Shown: positions 27,825 to 37,481, numbered from the stretch's first letter. The stretch: 64,000 nucleotides of DNA from Candidatus Binataceae bacterium (GCA_036489375.1 DASXFX010000054.1:64210-128209); one strand, 5' to 3'. The notes: generated by a model from the sequence alone, not told the origin. Translations and numbers: made by a program.

Positions 27825-28637
27825 TCAGTTGTTCAAGACCTCGTCGGTCCACACCTTGAAGCTCACCAGCGTGTTGGGACCGAACGTGGTAGCGATTGCG
27901 ACGTCGATCGCGTCGCGGCCTCGCGCCATCAATACCCGCCCGATTCGCGGCACATTGTTGCGCGCATCGAAAGTATGCCACCGCCCGCCTAGATACACCT
28001 CGAACCATGCGGCAAAATCCATCGGACCGTAAGGCGGCGGAATTCCGATGTCGCCGAGATACCCAGTGCAGTAGCGCGCCGGTATATTCATGCAGCGACA
28101 AAACGCAACAGCCAGATGTGCGTAATCCCGGCAGACGCCCCTCCTCTCATTGAATGCCTCCGATGCGGTTCTGGTAGCCCGGGCATGTTCATAGCCAAAT
28201 GAGATATGGTTGTGCACGAAATCGCAGATTGCCTGTACTCTGTTCCAACCCATCGCCGTCTGGCCAAACAGGTTCCAGGCCACGTCAGTGAGCTTCTCCG
28301 TATCGCAGTATCGGCTACCCAGTAGAAAGACCAACGCCTCCTCCGGTAGTTCTTCGATTGGATGCTGTCGCGCTGAAGTTGCTATTGCGTCGGGCTCGCC
28401 AGTGTCCTTGACCAGCGCCGAACTGGCTATTCTGAGTTCACCCGCGGGAGCGACGAGACGCGTACACCAGTTACCGAACCAATCACGATAGGCCGCAACC
28501 GGTATCGAAGGATTCGTCGTTAAGTGATCGGGTATGACGATGTCGGATGCCCGCGAATAGTGAATGTTTAGTACCAGCATCATCGGCGTCGGCTGCGGGC
28601 AGTTATAAATTAATTCGTAGCCAACTTTGATTTCCAA
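27825..28637 (-). CDS. Transglutaminase-like cysteine peptidase family protein
   Basis: Catalytic core GVCRDYAHLAVAFCRCMNIPARYCTGYL ... WFEVYLGGRWHTFD (Cys-His-Asp). Confidence 0.8.
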   Translation of the reverse strand: MEIKVGYELIYNCPQPTPMMLVLNIHYSRASDIVIPDHLTTNPSIPVAAYRDWFGNWCTRLVAPAGELRIASSALVKDTGEPDAIATSARQHPIEELPEEALVFLLGSRYCDTEKLTDVAWNLFGQTAMGWNRVQAICDFVHNHISFGYEHARATRTASEAFNERRGVCRDYAHLAVAFCRCMNIPARYCTGYLGDIGIPPPYGPMDFAAWFEVYLGGRWHTFDARNNVPRIGRVLMARGRDAIDVAIATTFGPNTLVSFKVWTDEVLNN

Positions 28638-28742
28638 CTGAGATCTCCTTCGACGTCAACGCCAATGCTGCAATCCGGATGCCGTTTGCGGAATCATCTC
28701 CGCCTTTCATCCCGGTGCTGTATCGATGCTTGCCCTTCCTCT

Positions 28743-29618
28743 TTAGGCTGCTGAGCTGACCGCGACTTCAACCTTCATTCCCAGGTAGTCGGTCGCGAGC
28801 CCCATCCAGGTGCCATGAAGTGGTATCGCATCGCGTGGATCAGGCACCGCTGCCACCCGCACGAGATCGCGGTTGCCGATAATTCCATTTGAAGGATCGA
28901 AATCGACCCAGCCAGGTCCGGGCAAATGCACTTGAGCCCACGCATGCGTATTGCCGCCGCCTGCATAGCTTTCGTCGTCCCCGCTCGGAATGTGCAGATA
29001 TCCCGAGACAAACCGCGCGGCTATCCCGAGACTCCGCACTACGTCGATCATCAGCATCGCAAGATCGCGACAACTGCCGCTTCTTAGTTCGAGCGTCCGC
29101 CCTGGCGTCTGGATGCCTTTCTCATCCCGCCGTACGTGCTTGAAGCCTCCATTGATCCTGTGCGTAAGGTTAATCAGCAGCTCGCGCGTATCGGTCGCGG
29201 ATTCCTTGCTCACCACTGTTCGCGCCCATTCGTCAACTTGACGATCCACATCCATCGGATTTCGTTGCATGTAGCGCGCCAGAGCCAACAACTCCTGCGC
29301 CCGGTAGTTGAAGGGATATGTCCGAGCGAATTCTTCGATTTGAAAGTCGCGAATATCCGCTTGCGTATGCTTGACGCGGACGGCGCTCTCGAATCGAAGC
29401 TCCTTGGCGCGGCCGGCGAATCGCGCAATATTTACATGGTTGCCGAACGCATCCTGGATTTCGCGAATGCTTGTCGGGGTCGGAGTAATCTTAAGCTCGG
29501 CCGCTATCACACTCTGATCGTCGCTGCTAAGCGGGCGCAGCATCATCCGATGCTCTCCGAATGCCACCGGATTCTTATACCTGTAAGTCGTGATATGCTT
29601 GATGGTGAGCGTGGACAT
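28743..29618 (-). CDS. Transglutaminase family protein with Bact_transglu_N-type N-terminal domain
   Basis: MSTLTIKHITTYRYKNPV... N-domain. Core SGSCRDLAMLMIDVVRSLGIAARFVSGYL ... HAWAQVHLPGPGWVDFDPSNG. Confidence 0.85.
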   Translation of the reverse strand: MSTLTIKHITTYRYKNPVAFGEHRMMLRPLSSDDQSVIAAELKITPTPTSIREIQDAFGNHVNIARFAGRAKELRFESAVRVKHTQADIRDFQIEEFARTYPFNYRAQELLALARYMQRNPMDVDRQVDEWARTVVSKESATDTRELLINLTHRINGGFKHVRRDEKGIQTPGRTLELRSGSCRDLAMLMIDVVRSLGIAARFVSGYLHIPSGDDESYAGGGNTHAWAQVHLPGPGWVDFDPSNGIIGNRDLVRVAAVPDPRDAIPLHGTWMGLATDYLGMKVEVAVSSAA

Positions 29619-29727
29619 CGCTGCCTCTAACCGATCTTTAACCACACGCCAATGACGATATAACCTTTGCATCAGCGACCGAAATGCCCCTGCTCAAATC
29701 CAGGGCACCCGTAAGTTTACTAACCTT

Positions 29728-30495
29728 ATGGATGAAGCACCCACCACCCTTATCGCACCCGATGAGCCGCAACCCGTCACCGTCACCAACTACGACGGGC
29801 GTTCGCCGTTCGTGATCGTCTCTGATCACGCCGGGAAATATCTGCCGCGGGGTTTACAGATGCTCGGCCTCAATCAAGCCGAATGCGATCGTCATATTGC
29901 CTGGGATATCGGCGCCGGTGCGGTCTCTACGATGCTCGGGGACGCCCTCGATGCGATCGTTATACGACAGAATTATTCGCGCCTCGTCATCGATTGCAAT
30001 CGCACGCCCGGATCGGAAACCTCGATCGTCGAATTGAGTGAACTCACCACAGTTCCCGGAAATATCGGACTCCGCGACGACGTAATCGGCGCTCGCGTTC
30101 GAGAGATTTTCCGCCCCTACCATGATCGGATTGCGCGCGAATTGGATCAGCGGTCACAGGTCGGCCGCCCCACCGCGCTGATTGCCGTGCATAGCTTCAC
30201 GCCCGTCTTCAAGGATGCCGCACGGCCATGGCATGTGGGCGTACTCTATAACCGCGATTCGCGTCTCGCCGCTAAATTGATCGGCCTTCTACGACGCGAA
30301 CCAGGTCTCGTCGTCGGCGATAATGAACCCTACAAAGTAACCGATGAGTCCGACTACACGATTCCGGTTCACGGCGAGCAGCGCGATCTGCCTCATGTCG
30401 CAATCGAAATCCGCCAGGACCTGATCGCCCACGAAGCGGGTCAGCAAAAATGGGCCGCGCTGCTGGCGCGCTTATTGCCCCTCACCTATCAATGA
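29728..30495 (+). CDS. N-formylglutamate amidohydrolase (FGase) family protein
   Basis: SPFVIVSDHAGKYLP ... AVHSFTPVF ... PHVAIEIRQDL, typical FGase blocks. Confidence 0.75.
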   Translation: MDEAPTTLIAPDEPQPVTVTNYDGRSPFVIVSDHAGKYLPRGLQMLGLNQAECDRHIAWDIGAGAVSTMLGDALDAIVIRQNYSRLVIDCNRTPGSETSIVELSELTTVPGNIGLRDDVIGARVREIFRPYHDRIARELDQRSQVGRPTALIAVHSFTPVFKDAARPWHVGVLYNRDSRLAAKLIGLLRREPGLVVGDNEPYKVTDESDYTIPVHGEQRDLPHVAIEIRQDLIAHEAGQQKWAALLARLLPLTYQ

Positions 30496-30616
30496 GTATT
30501 CGATCGACTCCGCTTCGACTATCGCCTTCGGTTATGTAGAGAACTGAAAGCTCCTAAGTTCGATGTCCTTTGCCGTCCCGCCTCCGGCAATCCCGCGTTT
30601 ACCTGCGAATGGCGAT

Positions 30617-31837
30617 TCACTCCTTGCGCACGATTCCTCTGCGTTCGAGCTCTTTTACCTGCCCAACATCGCAGCCGAGATACCGCGTAAAAATTTCCTC
30701 GTTATGCTCGCCCAGAAACGGCGCTTCCAACTCGAGCGGCCGCGGGAAATCCGAAAACCGCAGCGCGAAGCCCGGCAGTTCGAAATCGCCCAACGCCCGA
30801 TCATGAACCTTCCGGATGGTCCCGCGCTGGCGCAAATGCGGATGCTTCATCGCTTCGGCCACAGTTAGTACCGGCGCCATCGGGATGCGCCGGGCGCGCA
30901 TCGCGTCCATCGCCGCTTCATCGCTTGGCATCGATCGCAGCCAACCCTCGATCGCCTCGACTAGCGCCGGCAGATTCCGGATCCGATCTTCCCGCGTTGC
31001 GAAGCGCTGATCCTTGACCAGCTCCGGTTGGCCCATCACCTCGCACAGCGCCACCCACTGATGGTCCACTGCGCACATGATCACGATGTACTTCTCCTTG
31101 CCGCGGAAGATTCCGACCGGCGCCAGGTAGAACGAATGCCGGCCCGATCGGAACGGCTTGATTTCGCCCCCGCTCAGGCTATGCATCTGCACGCTGACCT
31201 CGTGGTAATGAAAATAGGTGTCCAGCAGCGAAACGTCCAGGAACTGGCCGCGCCCGGTGCGTCCGCGATAAAGCAACGCCGCACAAATCGCCAACGCCGC
31301 GTGCGCCCCCGTGCTGACATCTCCGATCGCCGCCTGCGGCACGTAGGGCGATCCCTCGGCCTCGCCGCCCATCGAGGTTATCCCCGCATATGCCGCCCCG
31401 AGCGTGTCGAACCCCGGCTCATTCGCAAGCGGGCCCGTCTGCCCAAAAGCCGACAGCGAACACATTACTATTCGCGGATTCAAGGCCTTTACCGTCGCGT
31501 AATCGAGCCCCAGCCGGCCGATCACGCCGGGCGCGAAATTCTCCATCAGCACATCCATCTGCGGAATCAGCCCCTTGATTAACGCCAGACCCTCGGGGTT
31601 CTTCACATCGACGCAGATGCTCTTCTTGCCGCGATTGTGCTGCACGAAGTAACCGCTTCGCCCCTGCTTGATTAGCGGGATCGCGCGAGTCAGGTCGCCG
31701 TTGGGCATCAACTCGACCTTGATTACCTCTGCTCCCATCTCGGCGAGCATCAAGGTGGCGGTCGGACCTGCAACCGCTTGGGTAAAGTCGATTACCTTGT
31801 AACCATCCAGCATCTGTATCGGCGCGCTGGCTTCCAT
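30617..31837 (-). CDS. CaiB/BaiF family (class III) CoA-transferase, paralog of 9873-11096
   Basis: LDGYKVIDFTQAVAGPTATLMLAEMGAEVIKVE. Alignable along its full length with the other copy. Confidence 0.85.
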   Translation of the reverse strand: MEASAPIQMLDGYKVIDFTQAVAGPTATLMLAEMGAEVIKVELMPNGDLTRAIPLIKQGRSGYFVQHNRGKKSICVDVKNPEGLALIKGLIPQMDVLMENFAPGVIGRLGLDYATVKALNPRIVMCSLSAFGQTGPLANEPGFDTLGAAYAGITSMGGEAEGSPYVPQAAIGDVSTGAHAALAICAALLYRGRTGRGQFLDVSLLDTYFHYHEVSVQMHSLSGGEIKPFRSGRHSFYLAPVGIFRGKEKYIVIMCAVDHQWVALCEVMGQPELVKDQRFATREDRIRNLPALVEAIEGWLRSMPSDEAAMDAMRARRIPMAPVLTVAEAMKHPHLRQRGTIRKVHDRALGDFELPGFALRFSDFPRPLELEAPFLGEHNEEIFTRYLGCDVGQVKELERRGIVRKE

Positions 31838-31882
31838 CTGGTTCGCACCTCCCTCTCAGACTGGTTCCCATCTCACTCTCAC

Positions 31883-31990
31883 ATCCGGCTGACATCGAAA
31901 ATCCGGCTAACATCGTAAATCCGGCTATCATCGTGAATCCGACTGGCATCGTGCAGCGGCCTGCCATCCGTGCAGGCCGGCATCGTCAAT
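31883..31990. repeat. Six tandem 18-bp repeats (ATCCGGCTNACATCGNAA, progressively degenerate)
   Basis: Units at 31883, 31901, 31919, 31937, 31955 and 31973, lying 46-153 bp upstream of the CoA-transferase ATG (31837). Confidence 0.8.
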
Positions 31991-32617
31991 GTCCACTCAC
32001 GCGGCCCCTGCTCCGGCTACGCATCTGACGCTGACTTGACGGCTTCGTAGTGAGAGCTGCATTCCCCCTTCTACGCTCGCCCGCCGCAACTATTCAACCG
32101 AGTTTCCATACACGTGAAATACACGCTGGTCTGCTGCGACAATCTTTCGCCGAGAAAAAAGATGGGGTTGGGTTTGGACCGGAGAGCATGAAGAGATGCG
32201 ATTGCGTTCTGTATCCGGCGTTTGGGCAAGCAAGGAGCGAAAAGGCGAATAAGAATGGGTCGGGCCCGTAGCTCAAATCAACTGAAGACTTCCGAAGTGC
32301 TTGATGCCTTCAAGCCGGCCCTCGATTAAGCGATTCATATATTGGTTCACGATGTCTCGCCCTCAATTTTTGCGCAACCTCGCGATTTACACGGCAAGAC
32401 CCACTTATGATGCGAAGTCCGATACGGGAGCGCAGCCACCGCGCGTCGCGGCGCGACCTGGACCATCACTATTCACTATGGAAGCGTTAAACCTTCACAC
32501 CAGGCGAGCTCGCGAGCCGAGCTAACGAGTCTGCGAGGTGCGCTGAAAAACAAAAATTCTGAGGTTTCACAACTCTCTCCCCCCTCCGCGGCCTTCACGG
32601 TTCTTCTCCCTCCGTGG

Positions 32618-33436
32618 CTAGTCCTTAGTCGCGACGATCGTGATCTGCGGCACGCAGAATCCGATTCGGTCGCTCGCAATCTCAAGTTTGATCGCCGCCG
32701 CCAATTCCGGCGATGCGTTGCGCAGCAATCTTCGCAGCTCGACGACAGCATCAGGCGGCGTCTTTATTCGGCTCGTCCACTTATCGAAATCCATCGGCCC
32801 GCCGTTCTCGGTATAGTAGTCCAGCTCTTCCGCAACGATTCGCAGCCCTGCCGCTCTCATCATCACTCGCCATTCGCTCGGCCGATAGGAACGGACGTGC
32901 GAAGAATCGCGCAGCTTCTCGATGTGGTTAAGCGCGTCGGCGAGCGCGTCCTCTTCCGGCACGTGGCTGTCCACCACCAATACGCGTCCTCGTGGCTTTA
33001 CCACCCGCGCCATCTCGCGGATCGCGGCCTGGACATCGGCAAAATGATGCGGCGCCTGGCGGACGGTTACGATTTCAAAGCTCGCGTCGGCGAAGGGCAG
33101 CGCCTCTGCGATACCCTGCCTGGCGCGGACGTTATCCAGTCCGCGCGCCGCGGCGTTGCGCGCGGTCTCGTCGAGCATCTGCTGGGTAATGTCGTAGGCG
33201 ATTACCTCCGCGACGTGGGGTGCCAAGGCCAACGCCGTATGGCCGGCGCCGGTCGCAACATCGAGTACGTGGTCGCCGCGCTCGGGACGCGCCAGATCGA
33301 CCACGTGTTGCAGCATAGTTTGGTCGCCATGGCCGACGCTGGTGGTGTACGCCGGCGCGGCCGCGCCGAACTGCGCTTGAACCCGATCGTGAACCTTGGT
33401 CGATTGATTCCCGCCGTCGTCTTCAATTTCTTTCAT
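32618..33436 (-). CDS. Class I SAM-dependent methyltransferase
   Basis: Motif I VLDVATGAGHTALALA, followed by the post-I acidic residue. Confidence 0.8.
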   Translation of the reverse strand: MKEIEDDGGNQSTKVHDRVQAQFGAAAPAYTTSVGHGDQTMLQHVVDLARPERGDHVLDVATGAGHTALALAPHVAEVIAYDITQQMLDETARNAAARGLDNVRARQGIAEALPFADASFEIVTVRQAPHHFADVQAAIREMARVVKPRGRVLVVDSHVPEEDALADALNHIEKLRDSSHVRSYRPSEWRVMMRAAGLRIVAEELDYYTENGGPMDFDKWTSRIKTPPDAVVELRRLLRNASPELAAAIKLEIASDRIGFCVPQITIVATKD

Positions 33437-33543
33437 CGCCTGCTGCCTCCTTTGATCGTGCGCGAAGCTTCCGACTCTTTCTCTGTCCAGGCGCTAGCCT
33501 AGGTCGGCAATCCATATCTGTCCAATATTAAAAAAGAATCGAT

Positions 33544-33559
33544 TAAGCTAAATTGCTTA
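33544..33559. promoter_or_regulatory. LysR-type T-N11-A-like inverted repeat TAAGC-N6-GCTTA
   Basis: Lies in the divergent methyltransferase/LysR intergenic region, 4 nt upstream of the LysR ATG. Confidence 0.3.
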
Positions 33560-33562
33560 TAT

Positions 33563-34453
33563 ATGGAGCTTCGTCATCTGCGCTATTTCGTGGCCGTCGC
33601 GGAGGAATTGCATTTCAGCCGTGCGGCGGCGCACCTGCACGTCGCACAACCGGCGCTCAGCCAACAGATTCGGCAACTCGAAAACGAACTAGGCGTTGAA
33701 TTGTTTCGGCGCACCAAGCGCCGCGTCGAAATCACCGACGCCGGCCGCGTGGTGCTCGAAGAAGCGCGACGCACCCTCGCCCAATCCAACCGCGTCATCA
33801 GCGCGGCGCATCGCGCCGCCGAGGGCACCGCTGGCTACCTCGGCGTGGGCTTCTCCAGTTCAGCCCCCTACACCTCGCTGCCCGCTATCTTGCGTGGCTT
33901 TCGTGCGCAGTTTCCGCACATCGTTCTTAACCTGCACGAGCGCAGTACCGAAGAGCAGATCGATCTCCTCGCGGCCGGCGCTATCGATATCGGCTTCGTC
34001 CGCCGTCCGGTGGAAAACGCGCCCCACGCCCTCGTCATCAAGACTATTCTGCGCGAACCTCTGATGGTCGCGTTGCCGCACGATCACCGCTTGCGCTTCA
34101 CCCCGGCCGTCGCCGTGCGCTCCCTCGCCAGCGAACCGTTCATTCTTTTCCCGCGCCACGCGGCCCCGGGTCTCTATGATCAAATAAATGCGCTCTGCCG
34201 CCGCGCCGGATTCGAACCGAGCGTCGCCCAGGAAGCCGTGCAGATGCAGACCATCGTCAGCCTGGTCTCAGCCGGACTCGGCGTCGCGATCGTCCCCGAG
34301 TCGATTCGTAACCTTCACCGTGAACACGTGCTCTACCGCGCACTCTCGCCCGGCAGCGCACGGACCGAGATGGCGATCGCCTACGACCGGCGCAACGAAT
34401 CCAAAGGCCTCGAGTCCTTTGTGCGCATCGTCATCGCTATGTCTTCGCCCTGA
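33563..34453 (+). CDS. LysR-family transcriptional regulator
   Basis: MELRHLRYFVAVAEELHFSRAAAHLHVAQPALSQQIRQLENELGVELF, a canonical LTTR HTH. Confidence 0.9.
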   Translation: MELRHLRYFVAVAEELHFSRAAAHLHVAQPALSQQIRQLENELGVELFRRTKRRVEITDAGRVVLEEARRTLAQSNRVISAAHRAAEGTAGYLGVGFSSSAPYTSLPAILRGFRAQFPHIVLNLHERSTEEQIDLLAAGAIDIGFVRRPVENAPHALVIKTILREPLMVALPHDHRLRFTPAVAVRSLASEPFILFPRHAAPGLYDQINALCRRAGFEPSVAQEAVQMQTIVSLVSAGLGVAIVPESIRNLHREHVLYRALSPGSARTEMAIAYDRRNESKGLESFVRIVIAMSSP

Positions 34454-34484
34454 ACCACGATTGTTGTGGATAAGTCCTACCCAT

Positions 34485-34663
34485 AGGAACCATTAGATAT
34501 GTTATACTGCTTCTGGTAGTTGCTTCGGTTTTGACCCACAGAATGTAAACCGCGGTAATGGTCGGGTCCACGGGCGTCAGATACCAACTTCGGCTCAGGT
34601 GCGTGTCGTTTCGGGATTCGCATTCCCAGCAACAGAGAAATTTGCACAAACGAACCCAATTTC
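34485..34663 (+). repeat. Recurrent intergenic element, copy 3
   Basis: 5' box ATGTTATACTGCTTCTGGTAG (mini-ORF 34499-34519, MLYCFW*), about 117-nt core, 3' box GAAATTTGCACAAACGAACCC (34637-34657). Confidence 0.6.
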
Positions 34664-34687
34664 CCGACCCTCTGCCCTCTTCGCCCC

Positions 34688-35830
34688 TCACTCCAGTCCT
34701 TGCTCGTCCGATTTTCGAGTTACCAGGTGACAGGAATAGGTCTTGATTACCAGCCACACCTCCTCTCCCGCCTCAAGCATGAGTTCCTGGCACGCGCCCG
34801 GCGTCATATGGACTTCGAAACTCACCCCCGCCTGCACCGTGACGATGACGGTAACGCCTTCGCGCCGCAGCGACATCACGCGCCCCTTAAGCGTGTTGCG
34901 GGCGCTCAGACCCACTGGCTTGCTGTTCGCGATCATGATGTCTCCAGCTCTTATCGCCACCCGCACCCCTTCGCCCGGCTGCACCGCCGCCAGTGGAACC
35001 TCCAGGATGACCTCGCTGCCGCCCACACCGCAATTCATCGTGCCTTGCGACTCACTCACGGATTGGACCGTCGCTTCGAAGACGTTCTCGAATCCCACCA
35101 GGCTCGCGACGATCTCATGCCGCGGCGCATTGAGAACCTCCTGCGGAGTGCCCTGCGCCAGGATCCGGCCGCCGTCCAGGACCACCACGCGTTCGCCCAG
35201 CGCAAAGGCTTCACTCACCGCATGGGTAACGTAGACGATCGGAATTTCGTGACTCGCGTTCCACCCGCGCAAGTCCTCGATGATCTCGGACTTGGTCAAC
35301 GCGTCCAATGCGGTCAGCGGTTCGTCCAGCAGCAGCACCATCGGGTCGGTGACCAGCGATCGCGCGAGGGCGACGCGTTGGCGTTCTCCGCCCGAAAGCT
35401 CGTTGGGCTTGCGTCCCCGCAGTTGAGCGATTCGAAAGGACTCCAGTATGGTGGCAGTCCTTTCCTCACGCATCGTCGTCGGCATCTTTGCCAGCCCGTA
35501 TTTCACGTTTTGTTCGACCGTAAGATGCGGAAACAGCGCGAGATTCTGGAAAAGATATCCTACCGACCGCAATCGCGCCGGAACGTTGACTCCGGCCGCC
35601 ATATCGAACAGTACGCGCGCGCCCAATGCGATATGGCCAGACTCCGGCGCGATCAGCCCCGCAATACAGTTCAGCAGCGTGCTTTTCCCAGACCCGGACG
35701 GTCCAAACAGTATTGTAATGCCGGCGCCCGCCTCGAATTCGGCCGCGAGCGAAAAATCCTTCCCCAGGGTCTTGCCGATGCGAACTGACAGACCGATCGC
35801 GCCAGCCAACGGACGCCCCCCGTCTCTCAT
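34688..35830 (-). CDS. modC: Molybdate ABC transporter ATP-binding protein with C-terminal TOBE domains
   Basis: Walker A GPSGSGKST, signature LSGGERQRVALARSL, TOBE-like C-terminus. Sits in the modA-modB-modC order. Confidence 0.85.
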   Translation of the reverse strand: MRDGGRPLAGAIGLSVRIGKTLGKDFSLAAEFEAGAGITILFGPSGSGKSTLLNCIAGLIAPESGHIALGARVLFDMAAGVNVPARLRSVGYLFQNLALFPHLTVEQNVKYGLAKMPTTMREERTATILESFRIAQLRGRKPNELSGGERQRVALARSLVTDPMVLLLDEPLTALDALTKSEIIEDLRGWNASHEIPIVYVTHAVSEAFALGERVVVLDGGRILAQGTPQEVLNAPRHEIVASLVGFENVFEATVQSVSESQGTMNCGVGGSEVILEVPLAAVQPGEGVRVAIRAGDIMIANSKPVGLSARNTLKGRVMSLRREGVTVIVTVQAGVSFEVHMTPGACQELMLEAGEEVWLVIKTYSCHLVTRKSDEQGLE

Positions 35831-35866
35831 GTCACACGCTGGCGGCTCGCCCTCGAAGATGCTTCG

Positions 35867-36544
35867 TCAACGATGGAGAGGCCATACCGCCCAGATTCTG
35901 CGATTAAGCGAATATAGAATCGAGAGCACCGCGAATGAAAACAGCAGCAACAGCAGCGCCATATGATTCGCGGTGGTGTAATCGAGCGCCTGCACATTGT
36001 CGTAGATCGCGATCGAAATCGTCTGCGAAATCCCCGGGATGTTTCCGCCAACCATCAGGACCACGCCAAATTCTCCCAAGGTATGGGCGAAGCTTAGGAC
36101 GATGCCGGTGATTACTCCACCGATCGAGAGCGGCAGAATTATTCGAAAGAAGGTCCGCACCCGCGACGCACCGAGAATCGCCGAAGCGTTGATCAGCGTG
36201 GGATCCACCAGCGCAAAGGCCGCGGCCATCGGTTGGACCGTAAACGGCAGACTGTAAATGACCGAACCTGCAACCAGTCCTTCAAACGTAAATGGTAGTC
36301 CGTGCCCCATCCACGACTGGTACAAGCGCCCCACCGGACTCTGCGGTCCCATGGCCACCAGCACGTAAAAGCCCAGCACTGTCGGTGGCAAGACCAACGG
36401 CAATGCGACGACGGATTCGGCCAGGAACTTCCATCGCCACCGCGTGAAAGTCAGCCAATAGGCTAAAGGCATTCCGGCCGCTAACAGAATCGTGCAAACC
36501 ACCAGGGCAAGGCGCAAGGTGAGTGCAATCGCGGACCAGTTCAT
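35867..36544 (-). CDS. modB: Molybdate ABC transporter permease
   Basis: CysTW-type permease with 5-6 TMS, between modA and modC. Confidence 0.85.
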   Translation of the reverse strand: MNWSAIALTLRLALVVCTILLAAGMPLAYWLTFTRWRWKFLAESVVALPLVLPPTVLGFYVLVAMGPQSPVGRLYQSWMGHGLPFTFEGLVAGSVIYSLPFTVQPMAAAFALVDPTLINASAILGASRVRTFFRIILPLSIGGVITGIVLSFAHTLGEFGVVLMVGGNIPGISQTISIAIYDNVQALDYTTANHMALLLLLFSFAVLSILYSLNRRIWAVWPLHR

Positions 36545-36559
36545 CCCGGTCTGGCGGAT

Positions 36560-37387
36560 TCAATTCGCAGTTGCAGAACTGTCCGGAACCGTAAATCCAT
36601 AGGAGCGCATGAGAGTGACAATCGCGGGAGTCTTCAGGAAATCCATGAAATGCTGCGCCGCTTCCTTCTTTTGCGATGACTTTAGAATAATCGCAGCCTG
36701 CTCGATCGGCGGATAGTCGGAGGTCGCGATCACCACGTACCGGCCCTTGTCTTTGAGATTCGGCGCGACCGCCAGCGACAGCGCGAGTATTCCTATGTCC
36801 GCATTGCCCGACTGAACAAACTGAGCAGTTTGAGCAATATTCTCTCCCATCACGAGCTTGCTACTCACCTTGTTGTACACGCCCTCATGCTTCATCGCTG
36901 CCACTGCGGCCTTTCCGTAGGGTGCGTGCTGGGGATTTGCGATGGCTATCTTGTTTATATGTGGATCGGTCAGAACCTCCAATCCCGATTTCAGATCGAG
37001 CGTGGACGCATTCGGAACCCAGATTACGATCTTCCCGACCGCATACTCGTAGAGCGTACCGGGTTCGGTCAGGCCGGCTGCTTCGAGCATCTTTGGGTAA
37101 GCGATATCGGCCGAAAAGTACATGTCGAACGGCGCGCCGTTTTTGATCTGAGAGAAAAAATTTCCCGACGAACCATAGGAGAATTTCACGGAATTGCCGG
37201 TATCTTTCTGATATTTCGCGGCAACGTCCTGGAACGCGAATGTGAGATCGGCGGCAGCAGCGACAGTTATCTCTTCGGCGGCGACGCGGCCAGCCGAACC
37301 CAGGACCAACAGCGCGAGGAGCACCGCTATCAGCCTGGACCAGGTGGAGATGTTTGTGGATTTTCGGAACTGCCGACAGTCTGACAT
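36560..37387 (-). CDS. modA: Molybdate ABC transporter periplasmic substrate-binding protein
   Basis: Signal peptide, ITVAAAADLTFAFQDVAAKY...SYGSSGNFFSQIKNGAPFDMYFSAD. GGAAGGAG SD upstream of ATG 37387. Confidence 0.85.
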   Translation of the reverse strand: MSDCRQFRKSTNISTWSRLIAVLLALLVLGSAGRVAAEEITVAAAADLTFAFQDVAAKYQKDTGNSVKFSYGSSGNFFSQIKNGAPFDMYFSADIAYPKMLEAAGLTEPGTLYEYAVGKIVIWVPNASTLDLKSGLEVLTDPHINKIAIANPQHAPYGKAAVAAMKHEGVYNKVSSKLVMGENIAQTAQFVQSGNADIGILALSLAVAPNLKDKGRYVVIATSDYPPIEQAAIILKSSQKKEAAQHFMDFLKTPAIVTLMRSYGFTVPDSSATAN

Positions 37388-37450
37388 GATCAACTCCTTC
37401 CCAACCAGAGCCTGGGATGCTTGACTTCTCATCATGGTAGCCGAGGGCCA

Positions 37451-37481
37451 ATTCGCGAGCCCTAGGTCGGATGTCGCGAAT
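37451..37481. promoter_or_regulatory. Inverted repeat ATTCGCGA-N15-TCGCGAAT in the modA / regulator divergent region
   Basis: Perfect 8-bp arms, 64-94 nt upstream of the modA ATG. Confidence 0.3.

Noticed and set aside
31419-31967. 182-aa minus-strand ORF starting with GFTMIAGFTMLAGFSMSAG
   Set aside because: Its repeat peptide is just the translation of the 18-bp DNA repeats. The remainder is antisense to the CoA-transferase gene.
34700-35788. 362-aa plus-strand ORF
   Set aside because: Shadow of modC. Walker A and the ABC signature are on the minus strand.
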